Assembly: GCA_038496445.1 (NCBI GenBank)
Contig: JALMLS010000504.1
Location: 132,399 to 196,398, forward strand
Source of the DNA: Trichosphaerium sp. ATCC 40318
Taxonomy: Eukaryota > Protista > Tubulinea
Direction: 5' to 3'
DNA: 64,000 nucleotides
Made by a program: the position numbers and the translations under genes. The notes under the pieces are model-generated. The model was not told where the DNA came from, made no database searches, and worked only from the letters and a program-made list of their open reading frames with translations. The first letter of the stretch is position 1, and every line of letters begins with the position of its first letter. Of this stretch, positions 24,078-36,963 are shown one piece after another.

Positions 24078-27000
24078 ATGACAGAGTACAATGAAAAAAG
24101 AGGAAGCTACGATGCCAATAACGATAAGCCGTGTGTTATTTGGACAGTAAGCAAGCTGAAATTGGTGTAAACGCCTACCAGCAGTTACTTACCTAAAATT
24201 CTAGCACCAATCGTACAGAAACGGTGGACATGATAAAACAACGAAAGCCTTGAGGAAAATTGGATGGGAAGTTTGTGTGTGCAATACAACCGCTGAATCT
24301 ATGCGCAAAATGAGGAACCACAAAGCGCAGGTACGCTAACGCCGAAAGATAGAGGAAAATCGCAGCTGTTTGTTAAACTTATAATAATCTTACAAACGGA
24401 CGCAGGTGGTAATAACAGACATGTTACGAGTAGAACGGGTACGCATTAATTCGTTTATTCTATTTTGACGCAAAAATGGCTGTTCAATTGGTAACTCTAT
24501 TCTCAGGGCTTTGTTAACCTCGTATTCGCTCCAAAAGCAGGTCTAGATTTACTAAAACGCGTCAGAAATGAAAACGGATCCATATGCTTGATTGTCTATT
24601 GTAAACAGCTCTCTCAAGCTACGATACAAGATTGCTTTGATTGCGTACATGATCAGTTTAATTTTTTTTTCTTCAATTCTGCCATCTTTTGAAGTTGACA
24701 ATTTTTTGACTACAGGGCGCTTCCATGGTCATTACAGAGGATGGACAACTGTTGTCATTTATGAGACACTTCTATACTTCACAATCATGGGTAAAAGACA
24801 ATGATACTGGTCGTATGAATTTATTACAGCGCATGTTTAAGTTACCAAGTACGAACGCCTACTTTTTTAAACCTCGCAAAAATGAGGTCAAATTCAGAAA
24901 TATCAGAATTTTCTCAAAATCCACGAAATTTCGTGTAGATACGTTGTATAATTCAACGTACTTATCTTCTTTCTCTAGATGAGATGGATTATCGTAGTAA
25001 GCCTGTTGATCCATCACATGCCGATTTTAAACGCATACAAGAGAGTATTGAAGGTAAGTTACCTTTTTTTTTTGTGGGCAAATAGAAGTTCAGGCAAAGA
25101 ATCGTCAATGTGTTGCTAACTCACTTTAGGAGGTATTGTTGCGGATCAAAAAGCTTCAATCGTATGTATAGATGCTATTACTAATAGTAAACAAAGACGA
25201 CTGTTTCTTACTAGGCTGGCACAGCTGAAGGACTACCAAACTTTTAACCTTTTGTAAGGATTTAACTTTTTTTAGAGAATTTTCTATTTCGTTGACTCGA
25301 CGTCTGACGCTATGTAGGTATGCTCCAATTGTACATAGTGATATAGTACGACAAGAAATAATAACGAAGGGCATAAAAGCACCTGTGCGTCGCCACAAGA
25401 AACAAGAGAGAGTGACCCCTGTTGGCATGTATTTCGCAACAAAGCCAATCGCAGCATTAAAGTCTGAAAAATGGGCTTCAGGGAGTTTTGTATCTCTTCT
25501 CGTTTTTACAGTGGCTACTGGATTACATGTACCGCTGGACCAGGTTACCACACTATCATCCAGCAACGTGTTGCACACTTATGATTCAGTGTTCATCGAA
25601 GGTACGAGCTGAAATCACTTGCATTAATGCTGATGGTGTATAGGTGGAAGGAGCACATCTAAAGCGATGTATGATGAATACATCATATTTCATCCGCGAC
25701 AAGCTATCCCTGTACGTATTCTATAGAAGAGTGGTGATTCTAAAACATGTATTTCAGGCTTACTTGGTGACTGTTGAATTGACGGATATAGAAACTTTGA
25801 GTTCACACAGTCGACAAACGTCTTCTAGTGGTCTACAAGTCTCTGTAGATGGTGATGCAACACCTTTACCAGCTCTAAATTGGGCCGAACTGTCAGTAGA
25901 TGAGTCTGCCAAGCTTGGAACAGGCGCTTTTGTAAGTTACCGCATACGTGGTATTGTATCTCACTTTTTGGGTGATCTAGGGTTCAGTTTACAAAGGATC
26001 CTGGCGAGGTGTAGTAGTTGCTGTAAAGAAACTTCATGGCGTGTCTGCAGACGCGATAGAATTGCTAAAACTTGAGTCATCTTTGATGCAGTACGTACAT
26101 GTTTTTTTTTGACCTATAAAATCTAACACTATCGTAAAGCAAACTTGGAAACCACCCGCATATTATTCGGCTGTGTGGAATCTGTTATGAACCGCTTGCT
26201 ATAGTGACGCCATTCTATCCTAAAGGATCAGTTTCGGATTTATTGCTTGTACATAAGTCTGATATTGCGTGGGAGAGGCTTGTTCAGATTGCTGCCAATG
26301 CTGCAGCAGGTGTTCTTCACCTTCATCTTGAGAAGGTTGTACATCGTGATATCGCCGGTAGAAACGTACGTAGATACACGGAGTATCGATCTTCTAGAAA
26401 GTAATCGTTTCTTTTGCTAGGTTCTCGTCAACAACGACTGGCATGGTATTGTTTGCGATTTTGGACTTGCTACAGTCATGACAGGTAATGTCTTGTTTTT
26501 ATGTTGGTGTCTGACTCACCGGTTATTAGGAGACTATGTGCGTACATCTGGACCATCCCCTATAAAGTGGATGGCACCCGAAGCTATTAGAGAAAAGAAG
26601 TTTAGTATGAAATCTGATTCTTACTCCTTTGGCATTTTTTTATGGGAGTTGGCACGTGATTTTTTTTTATTGTAAATGTTATTCAGTGTTTATTCTTACA
26701 TTATTCTTTTAAAAACGGTTTTTTTCTTACATTGCATGTTTAGGTAGCAAGATCTTCACCGTACCCTGGTTTAGAGGTTTATGAAATTCCATTCCGTGTT
26801 GTACGTGAGAATTTACGTCCAGAGATACCGGAAGGATGTTGTCCTACATTCAAGGTATGTATCATTTTTTGATTTGTATATTTGCTGATGGTTAATGATT
26901 CAAGGAACTCATGATACAATGTTGGGACGCTGATCCAGAGAAACGACCCGATTTTAAACATATACACAGCACACTCAATAAATTAGCAATAAGTTTACGC

Positions 27001-27131
27001 ACCGAGGCGCCACGTACGTTTCTTGGATCTTCAAGGGATTTTTTATGTTTTTTTCTTATGAATTTATTGCAGCGGTCGCAACGTTTGACAAGCTTGTCAC
27101 AAATTCTTCAACAGACGCTTATTATGAGTGA
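24078..27131 (+). CDS. Receiver-like domain + PARP-like ADP-ribosyltransferase domain + tyrosine-kinase-like kinase
   Basis: Spliced exons: CVIWT...LRKIGWEV...VVITDMLR...[10 protein letters not shown]...LIVY (receiver); GMYFATK...LLVFTVATG...YDSVFIEG...[18 protein letters not shown] (PARP fold); [29 protein letters not shown] (kinase). Confidence 0.75.
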
Positions 27132-27558
27132 TTGTTTATTCACGCTATATGCGCTAAATAATGGCGCTTGTACAGTTGTACATTATCACCAAATACCATT
27201 AAAGGAAAAAAATTTCAACCAAACTTGTAACATGTAGGCACAAAAAAAAAAAAATCAAGTTGAACTGGCAAAATAAATAAAACACTTCAACTTTTCTGAA
27301 CAGAAACAAGCTTTTATTTCGCGTCCATTAATAACCAACACGTACTATATTGCTGGCAATCCATCTGCTGATTTGTACATACTGTGGTAAGGCACTTAGT
27401 CCAATTCTGCTTACAAGTGACAAAGGAAGAAGCAATCGCATTGTTAGAGAATATTGTGCACTAAAATTAGGACTGACTAGATTCCTAAAAATACGAGACT
27501 AGACTTCCGATTTCCATGACATTTTCCAACTCTCATCGTCAAGTTCGAAGCTTCTCAT

Positions 27559-29181
27559 ATGACCACAGGAGTTACAATATTCGTTGTTATGGCTTGTATC
27601 ATAGCTTTATCATTCGGCTTTCCACCAGACTGCTCAAAACTGTCGTGTACGTAGCTAACACGTGAGTATGATGCTTATTTTTACGTTTTTAGTTGGAAGT
27701 AGCACCTACGATCTCTCTGCTTTGACAGTACGCGTTTAGGTTCTTTTCGGTTCTGTTTAACGTTTTACAAGGCTCTTGGTATTCAAGAAAGAGTGGGATA
27801 TCCAAATCCATTATATCAATATCGATTTTTTGTATGCGGCAACCAAGGTCAGAATTGTGGAAAAGTTGAAAAAGGCACGTGCGATTAATCAATAGTTTTA
27901 AAGGTGTGACACAAACTTATTTAATACAGACAAGTGTGGTGTTTGTAGCGCATATGAGGGGAAGTGGAATATCACAGAATACACGTACTGCGAAGGACTC
28001 TATACTGAACCCGAAACAGAGATAAAGGAATACCGAAATGGAGATGATGTCGGCATTTCTATTACCTTTGGATGTACATATTCTCATTAATACCCCAATA
28101 ATAAATATTATAGACGCTGCTGTAGAATCAAATGCAGAACTGCATCTTATATGTGATCCCAATTACAGTGGTACAGTACCATTAATTTCATAAACTTGTT
28201 AAATATTCACTTTTTTTGTTAAGGATTCGACAATACATTTGTTAACAACATCATCCTCTGTCCAGTTGTACGAAACTTAAGCTATTACTGGAGGCAAGCA
28301 TGATTTTATAGCTCACGTTGTTGTTGTAGATTACAGTGAGAAACAAGGATGCTTGTCCTAGCGTTCAAGTACCATCGATAGCACCAAACCCACCATCTCA
28401 ATATCCATTTCCACCAGATTGCTCTAATATTGTTTGTACGTTTGAAGAGCTCTAGTAACTTCATGGTTTAAATCCCTTAAACGTTTTTTTTTTATTGAAC
28501 AGTTGCCAATCGTAAGTATGATCTATCCACGTTACAATCGCTTGGGTTACAAGAAACAAGAGGGTCTTCGTATTTTTACGAATACAGATGGTTTGTATGT
28601 GGAGATGAACCTCAAACATGTGGAACAGCAAGTACGGTTCCTTTTCCATTTTTTTTTGAGTGTAGTCAAAAAAAAATAACTTTATCTCTTCAGCGGACAC
28701 GTGTGCTGTTTGTTCAGCATTTGAAGGGCGTTGGCATGATCCAAACTCTGTTATTTGTGAGGGAAAATACACAGAGCCTTCTGTTCAAATTTCAGAGCAC
28801 TTGGGATCAGGTGTGACATTCACCTTTACTGGTGCGTACCATGAATAAACACTGTCTCATGATTTTCTATATGCCTTGCAATAGTAACTGTTTTTCAGGA
28901 GGTGACCTTGGTGATATTTCAGAAGTTACTCTTGCATGTGACCCTCGCTATTCAGATAAAGCGTTGATTATTTTTTAATACCAAAACTAGTAGATAGTTA
29001 AATACTGTGTAGGTTTGGAAAAAGTAACCGTTGACAATTCGGATATTGAGAAACCAAGTGTATGTGTTTTTCCTCTTGATAACAACCATAATATTGACTT
29101 GTTTAGGTTTTTGTTCGTACAAGAGATGCATGTCCACAAACCTTGGAAGACAAAGAACTTAACAAAGTTGTCATTGTCTAA
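27559..29181 (+). CDS. Secreted protein with two tandem Cys-rich mannose-6-phosphate-receptor-homology (MRH)-like repeats; one splice donor is mutated
   Basis: Signal peptide MTTGVTIFVVMACIIALSFG. Two repeats of FPPDCS..YDLS.L..Y.YR.FVCG..C..C.VCSA.EG.W..CEG.YTEP..G.T.TF..L.CDP.YS, ending TRDACP. Not captured by the ORF track because the exons are short. Confidence 0.65.
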
Positions 29182-30431
29182 ATAAAAAACAAATAATTTC
29201 ATCCAACCAAAAAAGGCATTGAAAATATGTTACCGTTTTCTTTCACGTGCACAAAAAAAAATAAACTAGCAATGGAGTAACAAACTGATTTTCAGGCAAC
29301 TAACAACAGTCAACTATTCCCATGTTCATTGGTGCAACATCAAGCACAGCTCTTATTGTTGTTATGATTTTGCTTACAGAAGAGTCTCTTCTTAACGAAT
29401 AAGGTACTATAGCGTGTCTACACTTAGGTACTATAAAGATGATAAGAATAACAATTACAACCTATCAACACAATAGATGAATGTACATTAACTTACCATG
29501 GCAAGAACAACAAATGTAACAACCAACACTATGACCGTTGTGTATTCCGTGTCTCCAAAACTGCTAGATTTCGAAGTAATGACGAACTCACTATAACAAG
29601 GAACAGTGAGATTCGGTTGGGATAGTACAATAATATAACCACGTACGACGAAATAGTTTGTTCAAGCCTTGCCAAATCATATTCTGTTGATTTCACTAAG
29701 CCAAAATACCACAAACTTTTCTTGTGTCTTTTGATGAAAGCTTTTCGTTGAGACTACCTAACACCGCTTGTGAAGGCGCCAATGGCTGGTTATCAAGCCT
29801 CTAACCCCAAAGTCCATGGTAGGCAAACGAGAGCAAGATCAGATGTAAAGACCAAGAAGAAATGACAGAAACTTCTTTTTGGCAGTAAAAAATCTGCTAG
29901 TCTTTGTTGTTTGTATTGAACACAAAAATGATATTGGTGCTTTTAATAACCATAGACTACTTTGATTGGCGAATGCAAATATTGAGAAGGTACTGGGCTT
30001 TTAGACGTGGTTTATAGGCGTAGTACCCAGGAAGGATTTTTTAACATAACAAAACGCTGAAGAATAATGTTATTGGCTTGATTATGGCAAGAAGGAAATG
30101 CAAGTAATGGCACCTGCTGATAACGATGGCTCAATTAGTAGACAATAAATAAGTAGATACAAAATCAAATATACTAGTATTGAATTTAACAAAGCAAGCA
30201 CCTCTTTTATCAGGAGATGACATTTCAGAAGTTGTTTTTGCATGTGATTTTTTGGAAAAGTATTGTTGTCTTTTGCTATGTTTGTGCAACATTGTTAAAA
30301 TTTTTTAAGACTAGGCGGCCAAACCCAAGGAGGAAAAAACTGTTTACGCGATAACAAAAAAGTTTGTTTATTTCTTCTATTCTTTTATAATTCACTAAGA
30401 CCTTAATCTTACATAACTAAAGTGATTCCCT

Positions 30432-32508
30432 CTAGCATCTACCAGGTCGGCGTTCTTGACGGCCTAGACGTGATATAGAATATGCGCCAGCCAGCCGAAG
30501 TGCTTCTATACCTTTGTCACTCACTTTTGTTCCTCCCAGGCTAATAGTGTGAACACCTGCTAGGGCATTAACACATTCATCTGTAACACTTGTAAACCTC
30601 AGAGAAATATTGTGGACGCCACCAAGTGCTTTTACACCTTCATCTGTAACTTTAGTGCCCTCTAAATCTATAGTGTGTACACCTGAAAGTGCTTTGACCC
30701 CTTCATCTGTAACTTTAGTTTCCTTAAGATCAATCGTATGAACACCACTCAACGCTTTTATACCTTCATCCGTTATCAGGGAAGAATGGGCAAGTTTAAT
30801 AGTATGAACTCCTGCAAGTGCTTTTAATGTTTCATCTGTAACTTTAGTGTACTCCAGATCAATGAAATGAACTCCTGCAAGTGGTTTTGCACCTTCATCA
30901 GTCACTCTTGTACAACGAAGGTGTATTGTGTGAACACCAGCAAGTGCTTTTACACCATCATCTGTAACATTAGTGCCACCGAGATAAATTGTGTGAACAC
31001 CAGAAAGAGCTTTGAGACCTTTATCTGTGATATTAGATGCCGTAAGCTCTATTTCGTGCACACCGGCCAGTGATATAACACCCTGTTCTGGAATATCACA
31101 TGCTGGAAGGTCTATAGTATGAACACCTGCCAAAGCTTTCATTCCTTCAATTGTAAATTCCTTGTTCATTCCAAATGAGATTGTATGAACGCCCGCAAGC
31201 GCTTTCAAGCCTTCATCTGTTACTGAAATTCGCCTTAACCTAATTGTATGAACCCCTGCAAGTGCTTTGACACCTCTGTCTGTAACCTTGGTTTCATTGA
31301 GGTTAATTGTATGAACACCTGCAAGTGGTATCACACCTTCATCTGTAACTGTAGTTCTTTCCAGGTTAATTGTGTGAACCCCAGCAAGAGCTTTTACACC
31401 TTCATCTGTAAATCGACTACAAAACCTAAGCTTAATCGTATGAACTCCTGCCAGAACCATGAGCATCTCGTCTGTAACCACTCCATACAAATTAATCTTG
31501 TGAACTCCTTTAAGCGCTTTAATACCATCAATAGTACACCTGTAGTTGTCAAAATCTATTGTGTGAACACCAGCAAGCGCTTTCAGACCTTCAGCTGTAA
31601 CTTCACTCGCTCTATCAAGGCCAATAGTATGAACACCAGCAAGCGCTTTGATTCCTTCATCTGTTACTCTGGTACTACCAACATTAATAGTGTGAATCCC
31701 AGAGAATACTTTTATTGAACTATCTGTGGCTTTGGTATATCTTAGGTTGATACTATGAGCACCTTTAAGCGCTTTTATACCTTCATCTGTAATTCTTCGC
31801 ACTCCTTGAAGATTGATTGTATGAGCACCTTTAAGCGCTTTTAAACCTAACACGTGATAAGCTTTTCAAAAAACGTGATGTCATCGTTGAATACAAAATT
31901 AGAAAAATGTGATTGGAGATGGTTGTATTAAACTGGTGAGTGTTTTCAGACAGGACAGTCCACGTGTTTAAGTTTGAATGAGTACCTTTGTCTGTTATCA
32001 GAGTTCTCTTTAGGTTGATGGTGTGTACACCTGATAAGAACGATAATGCTTCGTCTGTTACATTGGTATACTTGAGATTGACACTACGAACGCCTTTAAG
32101 CAGTTTGATGCCTTCGCTTGGCACCGATTTGAGTACTTTTACATTGGTGTGTTGTAGAGCGCCCTTGTACTTTGCGAAAGCCTTGGCATCATCTATCGTC
32201 TTCAACGTCGCGCTGTAGTACCCAATAACATCATGAACAACTGTGGCAAGTCTGTGACAACTCTGAGCGGCTGAATAACGTGCTTTGGTAGTAAAACAGA
32301 GAATGACGCCCAAAATCTCATTAGGTAGTGTAAGGAGGTTTGCGTTAACCTTTGTACGAGAGTCAGACGGTGTGTATTTATCCATTTGGCTAAAATACAT
32401 GCATTAAAAAACAGCGTTTTGTGACTTTATCCAGTTCTCTTACCTCAGTTGGCGTTTATTCTCAGCTCCTTTGTTATCCACCTCGGACTGAGTTCGTTTT
32501 GGATACAT
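30432..32508 (-). CDS. F-box-like + LRR protein, copy B
   Basis: Same exon structure as copy A (ATG at 32508). The apparent frameshift between ORFs 31831-32400 and 30432-31853 lies inside the shared intron. Confidence 0.9.
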
Positions 32509-32569
32509 GGCAGCACGTTGACTAGTAAATAAAAACACGCGTTTACTATCAGTGTCCAGTCTATGTGGT

Positions 32570-33043
32570 TGTTACAAACAATTACTAACAGCCCAGTTTC
32601 TGAGTCAGAGAATATTCAGACGCTGATTTCCAGAAGTTCCAGAGTTTCCGGAAAATTTCTGGAACTTCTGGAAAATATTTCCACTTTGTTTCCAGACAGT
32701 TCACGTAACCAATTTCCGGAAGGTTCATATAACCATTTCCAGCGCAGTTACAAACAAAAAAGTGTTTATTTACAAGCAAATATACAGTGGTTTCGCGTCT
32801 TTCGTGTTGAAGAGAACGTGACAAATCTGCGATAGACATGTCTGCTCACTCCAAAGAGTTCTAGAAGGTAGAAGTGTCTCTTAGCGTTGTTTGCTTTTGT
32901 ACCGCTTTAAGTGTCATTTAAACACACGTGCTTTTGGTCTTTTTATGTTTTGATATCAAAGCAAAAGAGAGCGCTAGGTCCTTCTGAAAGAATTTTCCAG
33001 TTTTTCCAGTTGTTCCAGAAAGTCCGGAAATCAGTGCAGCGAT
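32570..33043. mobile_element. MITE-like insertion upstream of LRR copy B with degenerate inverted ends and a 48-bp palindrome
   Basis: Absent at the equivalent site of copy A (~3235). CTGATTTCC.GA occurs in inverted orientation at ~32623 and ~33034. Perfect 17-bp inverted arms at 32627-32643 and 32658-32674. Confidence 0.5.
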
Positions 33044-33703
33044 GAAGCGAGGAGGTAAAACGCACGTGCCCCTTTTTTTTATTGTCTTAACATGTGCGAC
33101 ATTTCATGCGGCGTTTGAACAAGGTGGACTGCTCCAAAAAAGACAGGCACCAACCGACAGCAAGCAGAAATCACCTACCCGCAACCACCCTTGAAAACTG
33201 TTCAAAAAAAAAAATTCAGTTTTCCTTTATTTGTTTTTAATGCACACGCGATCGTGTTATGTAAATAAACCACACACGCTCGCTCTGCGCCAGAGGTATC
33301 GGCCAGGGACAGTGTGTTCCCTTCCTCCAGATCGTCTTGCAATAGCTTTTGTTGGGATTGAGGATTGGTCTAACTGGAATTAGACAACTTTTTTGGCTCA
33401 CTTTTCAAAACAGACCACAATTTTGTAGAATGTAGACTGCGCTTCAGGCAACCCAGTATTAAAGTTCTAGCTTTTTTTTGTTCACTTAGCTAAGCCTCTG
33501 TGATTCATGCATCAATAAATATCAACAATGTAGGCTTCACAGGTTACCATATGCGCACAATACATCCCTTCAATTATTTTTCTGCATTCGTACAACAATT
33601 TGGAGGTCAACTGTTTTCTCCAGCCTTTTTTTTTGTGGGAAGAAAACTATTGAACACGATATTATTTTAGACTACTTGAACCTGAGCCATACACAACATT
33701 CCT

Positions 33704-34057
33704 ATGACAGAGCCCAAAGCCAGGAAGCCCAAAAGAACCAACAATAAAGCAAATACAAGCAAAAACAGGGCTAATTCATCCCAAGATGCTGAATCTATTG
33801 TTGGAAAGCTTGTATACGTTGTAATACAGACGACTGAAACAACTGCTAATGCGGATGCCAACACGAGCCTTATTGGTGTTTTTAAGGATCGCGAAGCTGC
33901 ACGAGCTGCTGCAAAGCGCTCACTGCTATCTTCATATTTCGAAACTGAAATTCAAGATGGAGGCAGCTGGATGACTGGTGGGGAAGATATCGGGAATGGG
34001 GGTGACCATGGACCAACTTATGACACAGTTACAATTGAAGAAACAGAAATTAGATGA
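33704..34057 (+). CDS. Small intronless hypothetical protein
   Basis: ATG-initiated 117-aa ORF with a basic N-terminus and a globular-looking VYVV...IGVFKDREAARAAAK segment. Confidence 0.5.
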   Translation: MTEPKARKPKRTNNKANTSKNRANSSQDAESIVGKLVYVVIQTTETTANADANTSLIGVFKDREAARAAAKRSLLSSYFETEIQDGGSWMTGGEDIGNGGDHGPTYDTVTIEETEIR

Positions 34058-34503
34058 TAAAAAAGTGTTGGTTGAAGGTTGCATCGCTGTGTATAATGAA
34101 CCCAAAGCGCTGATTGAAGATATTGTACATTGTAACCGCTGGTTGACCAAGATAGAATTCAACAACAGTAGCAATAGTAACCAATCTCGAACCTATTTTA
34201 ACACCTTTAGTTGTATTGATAATGCCAATCTTATAAAAATTATTATGTTAAATATTTCTTTCTATTTTCTGGTTTGTGTGCTAATCAAAGACAAACACAA
34301 ATTGTAGCTTACCACAAAATAGTTGTTAGCTTCTGACACAGCTCCCTGCTTTCTTTACAAGTAGTACGCTAAGTAAAGGAGACCTCTTAAATGTGGAATA
34401 TTATCCACCAAATGTAGTTAGTTGTTTAATGGCACAGAAGCCAGTTCGATTTTTGAAGACGTTGAAGAGAGGTTAGTAGCTAATTTTACAAAGTTTTATT
34501 ATT

Positions 34504-36963
34504 TCAAACATCTGATTGTTTAAAGGCTAGTGTGCTAGAAATATAGTAGCTCAGTAGGAAGCTAGAAATAATAGCGACATCAACAACAGAAAATTTAAAG
34601 TATGTGAGTACTGGAACAGTCAATAATGATAACATTGTATAAAGACCAGCCATTGGATATAAGAATAGAGCAACGAATGAAAAATTGCCAAAAATACGTG
34701 CTTGGAAAATAAATACAGAGACATACTGAAATAGCAATATAATACCTTAAAAAAAAATCAATGAACGAACAAAAAAGCAATTTTCTTGTTTTTTTCTTTT
34801 TTGGTCTTGTTGCTTACCTACGAGCCATATTCTTGCCAGGAGTACCTTTCCCATATTACCACAATACTTCTTGATCTTTGTTGATCGAGAATCATAGCGT
34901 TTTGAGCCTGATACTTGCATGTCTTTGATGTAATACTTTATGATTGCAAGTTCATAAGTGAAAGCAAAAAACAATGGAACCCAACATCCTATCAACAATA
35001 GAAATCGTCTATAAAATGCACCACGTATTTGCTCTAAGGAACCAAGAAAAACAGAACCAAGTGAGAAGTGCCAAGGCACATTAAAAAAGATGAGTTGAAG
35101 CGCTATCAATAAAATATCAGCAAAAAAATATGATTGAAAACGGCGTACTCGCGAGCCACACCAAGCATGCTCCGAATACTCCCAATGACATGTAAGGAGA
35201 TGTTTCGTATTTCCAAGGATCCTTGAGAGCATCCAAGAACCCAAAATTGGCATGTTTTCTGACCATGTAATGAAATGTGACAAAGAACAGTATTGCAAAG
35301 AGAGCCATTCCCTTTTAAAAAAACATAGTGAATATCGACATCAAGAATGCTCCATTATATATTATACGTACAATGAGTTGCATTAAATAGGCCACGGGCA
35401 CTGGTATAAAAGCGAATACGAGTCCAAGAACGAAAGATAGACCCCAAATCAGTCCAAGAAGAAGCCACCTAACAATACAATATTTAAGTCGCCTTTAAGG
35501 CACAAACTGAGTGTTTTGTACCATATATACGACAGCACAGACTGCGTCTTTGTGTCGGATGCAAAGAGGTATTCGTAGGATACTACATCTTTCCTGGTGA
35601 GGACCAAAGACAGTACACACATTAATGCGGATATCCAGGAGAGTCCACATAACACACTTAAGAATTCCATACCAATCACATTTGGCGTCTCACACATTTC
35701 AGGTGTGACTGTTGCATTGGTGTATAGCATACGTTGCATCCATTTAACAGATTCATCTATGAGTTCAGGATCTGCTACTTCGAACACGTGATCAGATGTT
35801 CCAACAACGAAACGACGTAATGAAAAATCAAAATTATTTCCGTAGTCAGCATTTTCGATTATATCGCTAGCATCCATCCCCATCATATCTGCAAGTTGTA
35901 CTTTAGAGTCCTTATAACTTATCAATTCATCGTTTTTTCCAATAGCAACCAGCAAATTTGGTGGTGCTGTTTTGTTTGGATAGAACGTGTTGTTTCCTGT
36001 AGATGGAGCATAAGTTAATGATCTTGCGTAACTGTAATTAGAACTTACCAGTAGATATAGGTATTGTGTTTGCCCCAACGATTACAGTGGCCAACAAACC
36101 CTCCTGAGGACCAAAATATTCGCCGATACTGCTCAGTGTTTTAGCATAACCAACAGTCGAAATCAAAATATAGGCAAATAGTATTTACGCTTAGTATGCT
36201 TACCGTAGTACCGCGCCACCGCCCATTGACCACCCCAATACGCCTACATGGGTGGCATCGACGCATGTCAAATTTTGTAAATATCTGAGCGTATTTATCC
36301 CTTTTTGTTAAATCACGTGTCAGTTCCTTTCTTTTTTGTTTCAATATTAGAGTACGTACCACCCTCTCTCAATGATTCTGTATCTAGAATACTAGTACTA
36401 GCACCATGACCTGCTTGATCAACAGTAACTGTTACAAAACCTGATGGGGTGGATAAAGTCAGCCAAGTTTTGTTGTTGTCTTTGTTTTTTTTTTTCCTTC
36501 TTTAATAACTAAGTACCTGCAGCTGTGAGTTTTCTTGCGTAATGGATCATCCATTCCTTTGATGCCAACAAACCGTGAAATATAGCAACACCTGGTCTAG
36601 GGCATAATGGCGCATTATCAGGGTAACCGACGTATGCGGCTAGCGTTTTGTCACCTGTCAAATGACGTTACGATAAAAGCATGATGAAAAGTCTTATTAC
36701 AATTTCTGCTTTTATTAATAAGCGAAACACATTTTTCTGAGTGAATGGATGGCGTTTGAACCGTTTATATAAAATGACATTTCGAAATACCAAAAAAAAA
36801 CGTTATTTAGTCTGTAATTACCTGATTGTATTTGCACTGCGTTAAAAGAGCCACATTTACTCATAAGCGAACTGTATAACAGTGTAAACAGTAATACAGC
36901 CGCGAATGATGTAACTATAGCTAGAATATACCATAAATACCTCCTGGCTAGTCGAACAAGCAT
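34504..36963 (-). CDS. Alpha/beta hydrolase with N-terminal TM and multi-TM C-terminal domain
   Basis: AIFHGLLASKEWM, VTVDQAGHGAS, nucleophile elbow VGVLGWSMGG, NLLVAIGKNDEL, SDHVFE, followed by many hydrophobic segments. The 3' end is approximate. Confidence 0.75.

Noticed and set aside
27689-28772. Minus-strand ORFs 27689-27892, 27917-28162 and 28461-28772
   Set aside because: They are antisense to the spliced plus-strand MRH-like gene.
29200-30300. Possible decayed membrane-protein gene between the MRH-like and LRR genes
   Set aside because: No consistent spliced frame or recognisable motif could be built.
31831-31990. Apparent frameshift or pseudogenisation of LRR copy B
   Set aside because: The indel is inside the intron; the spliced frame is intact.
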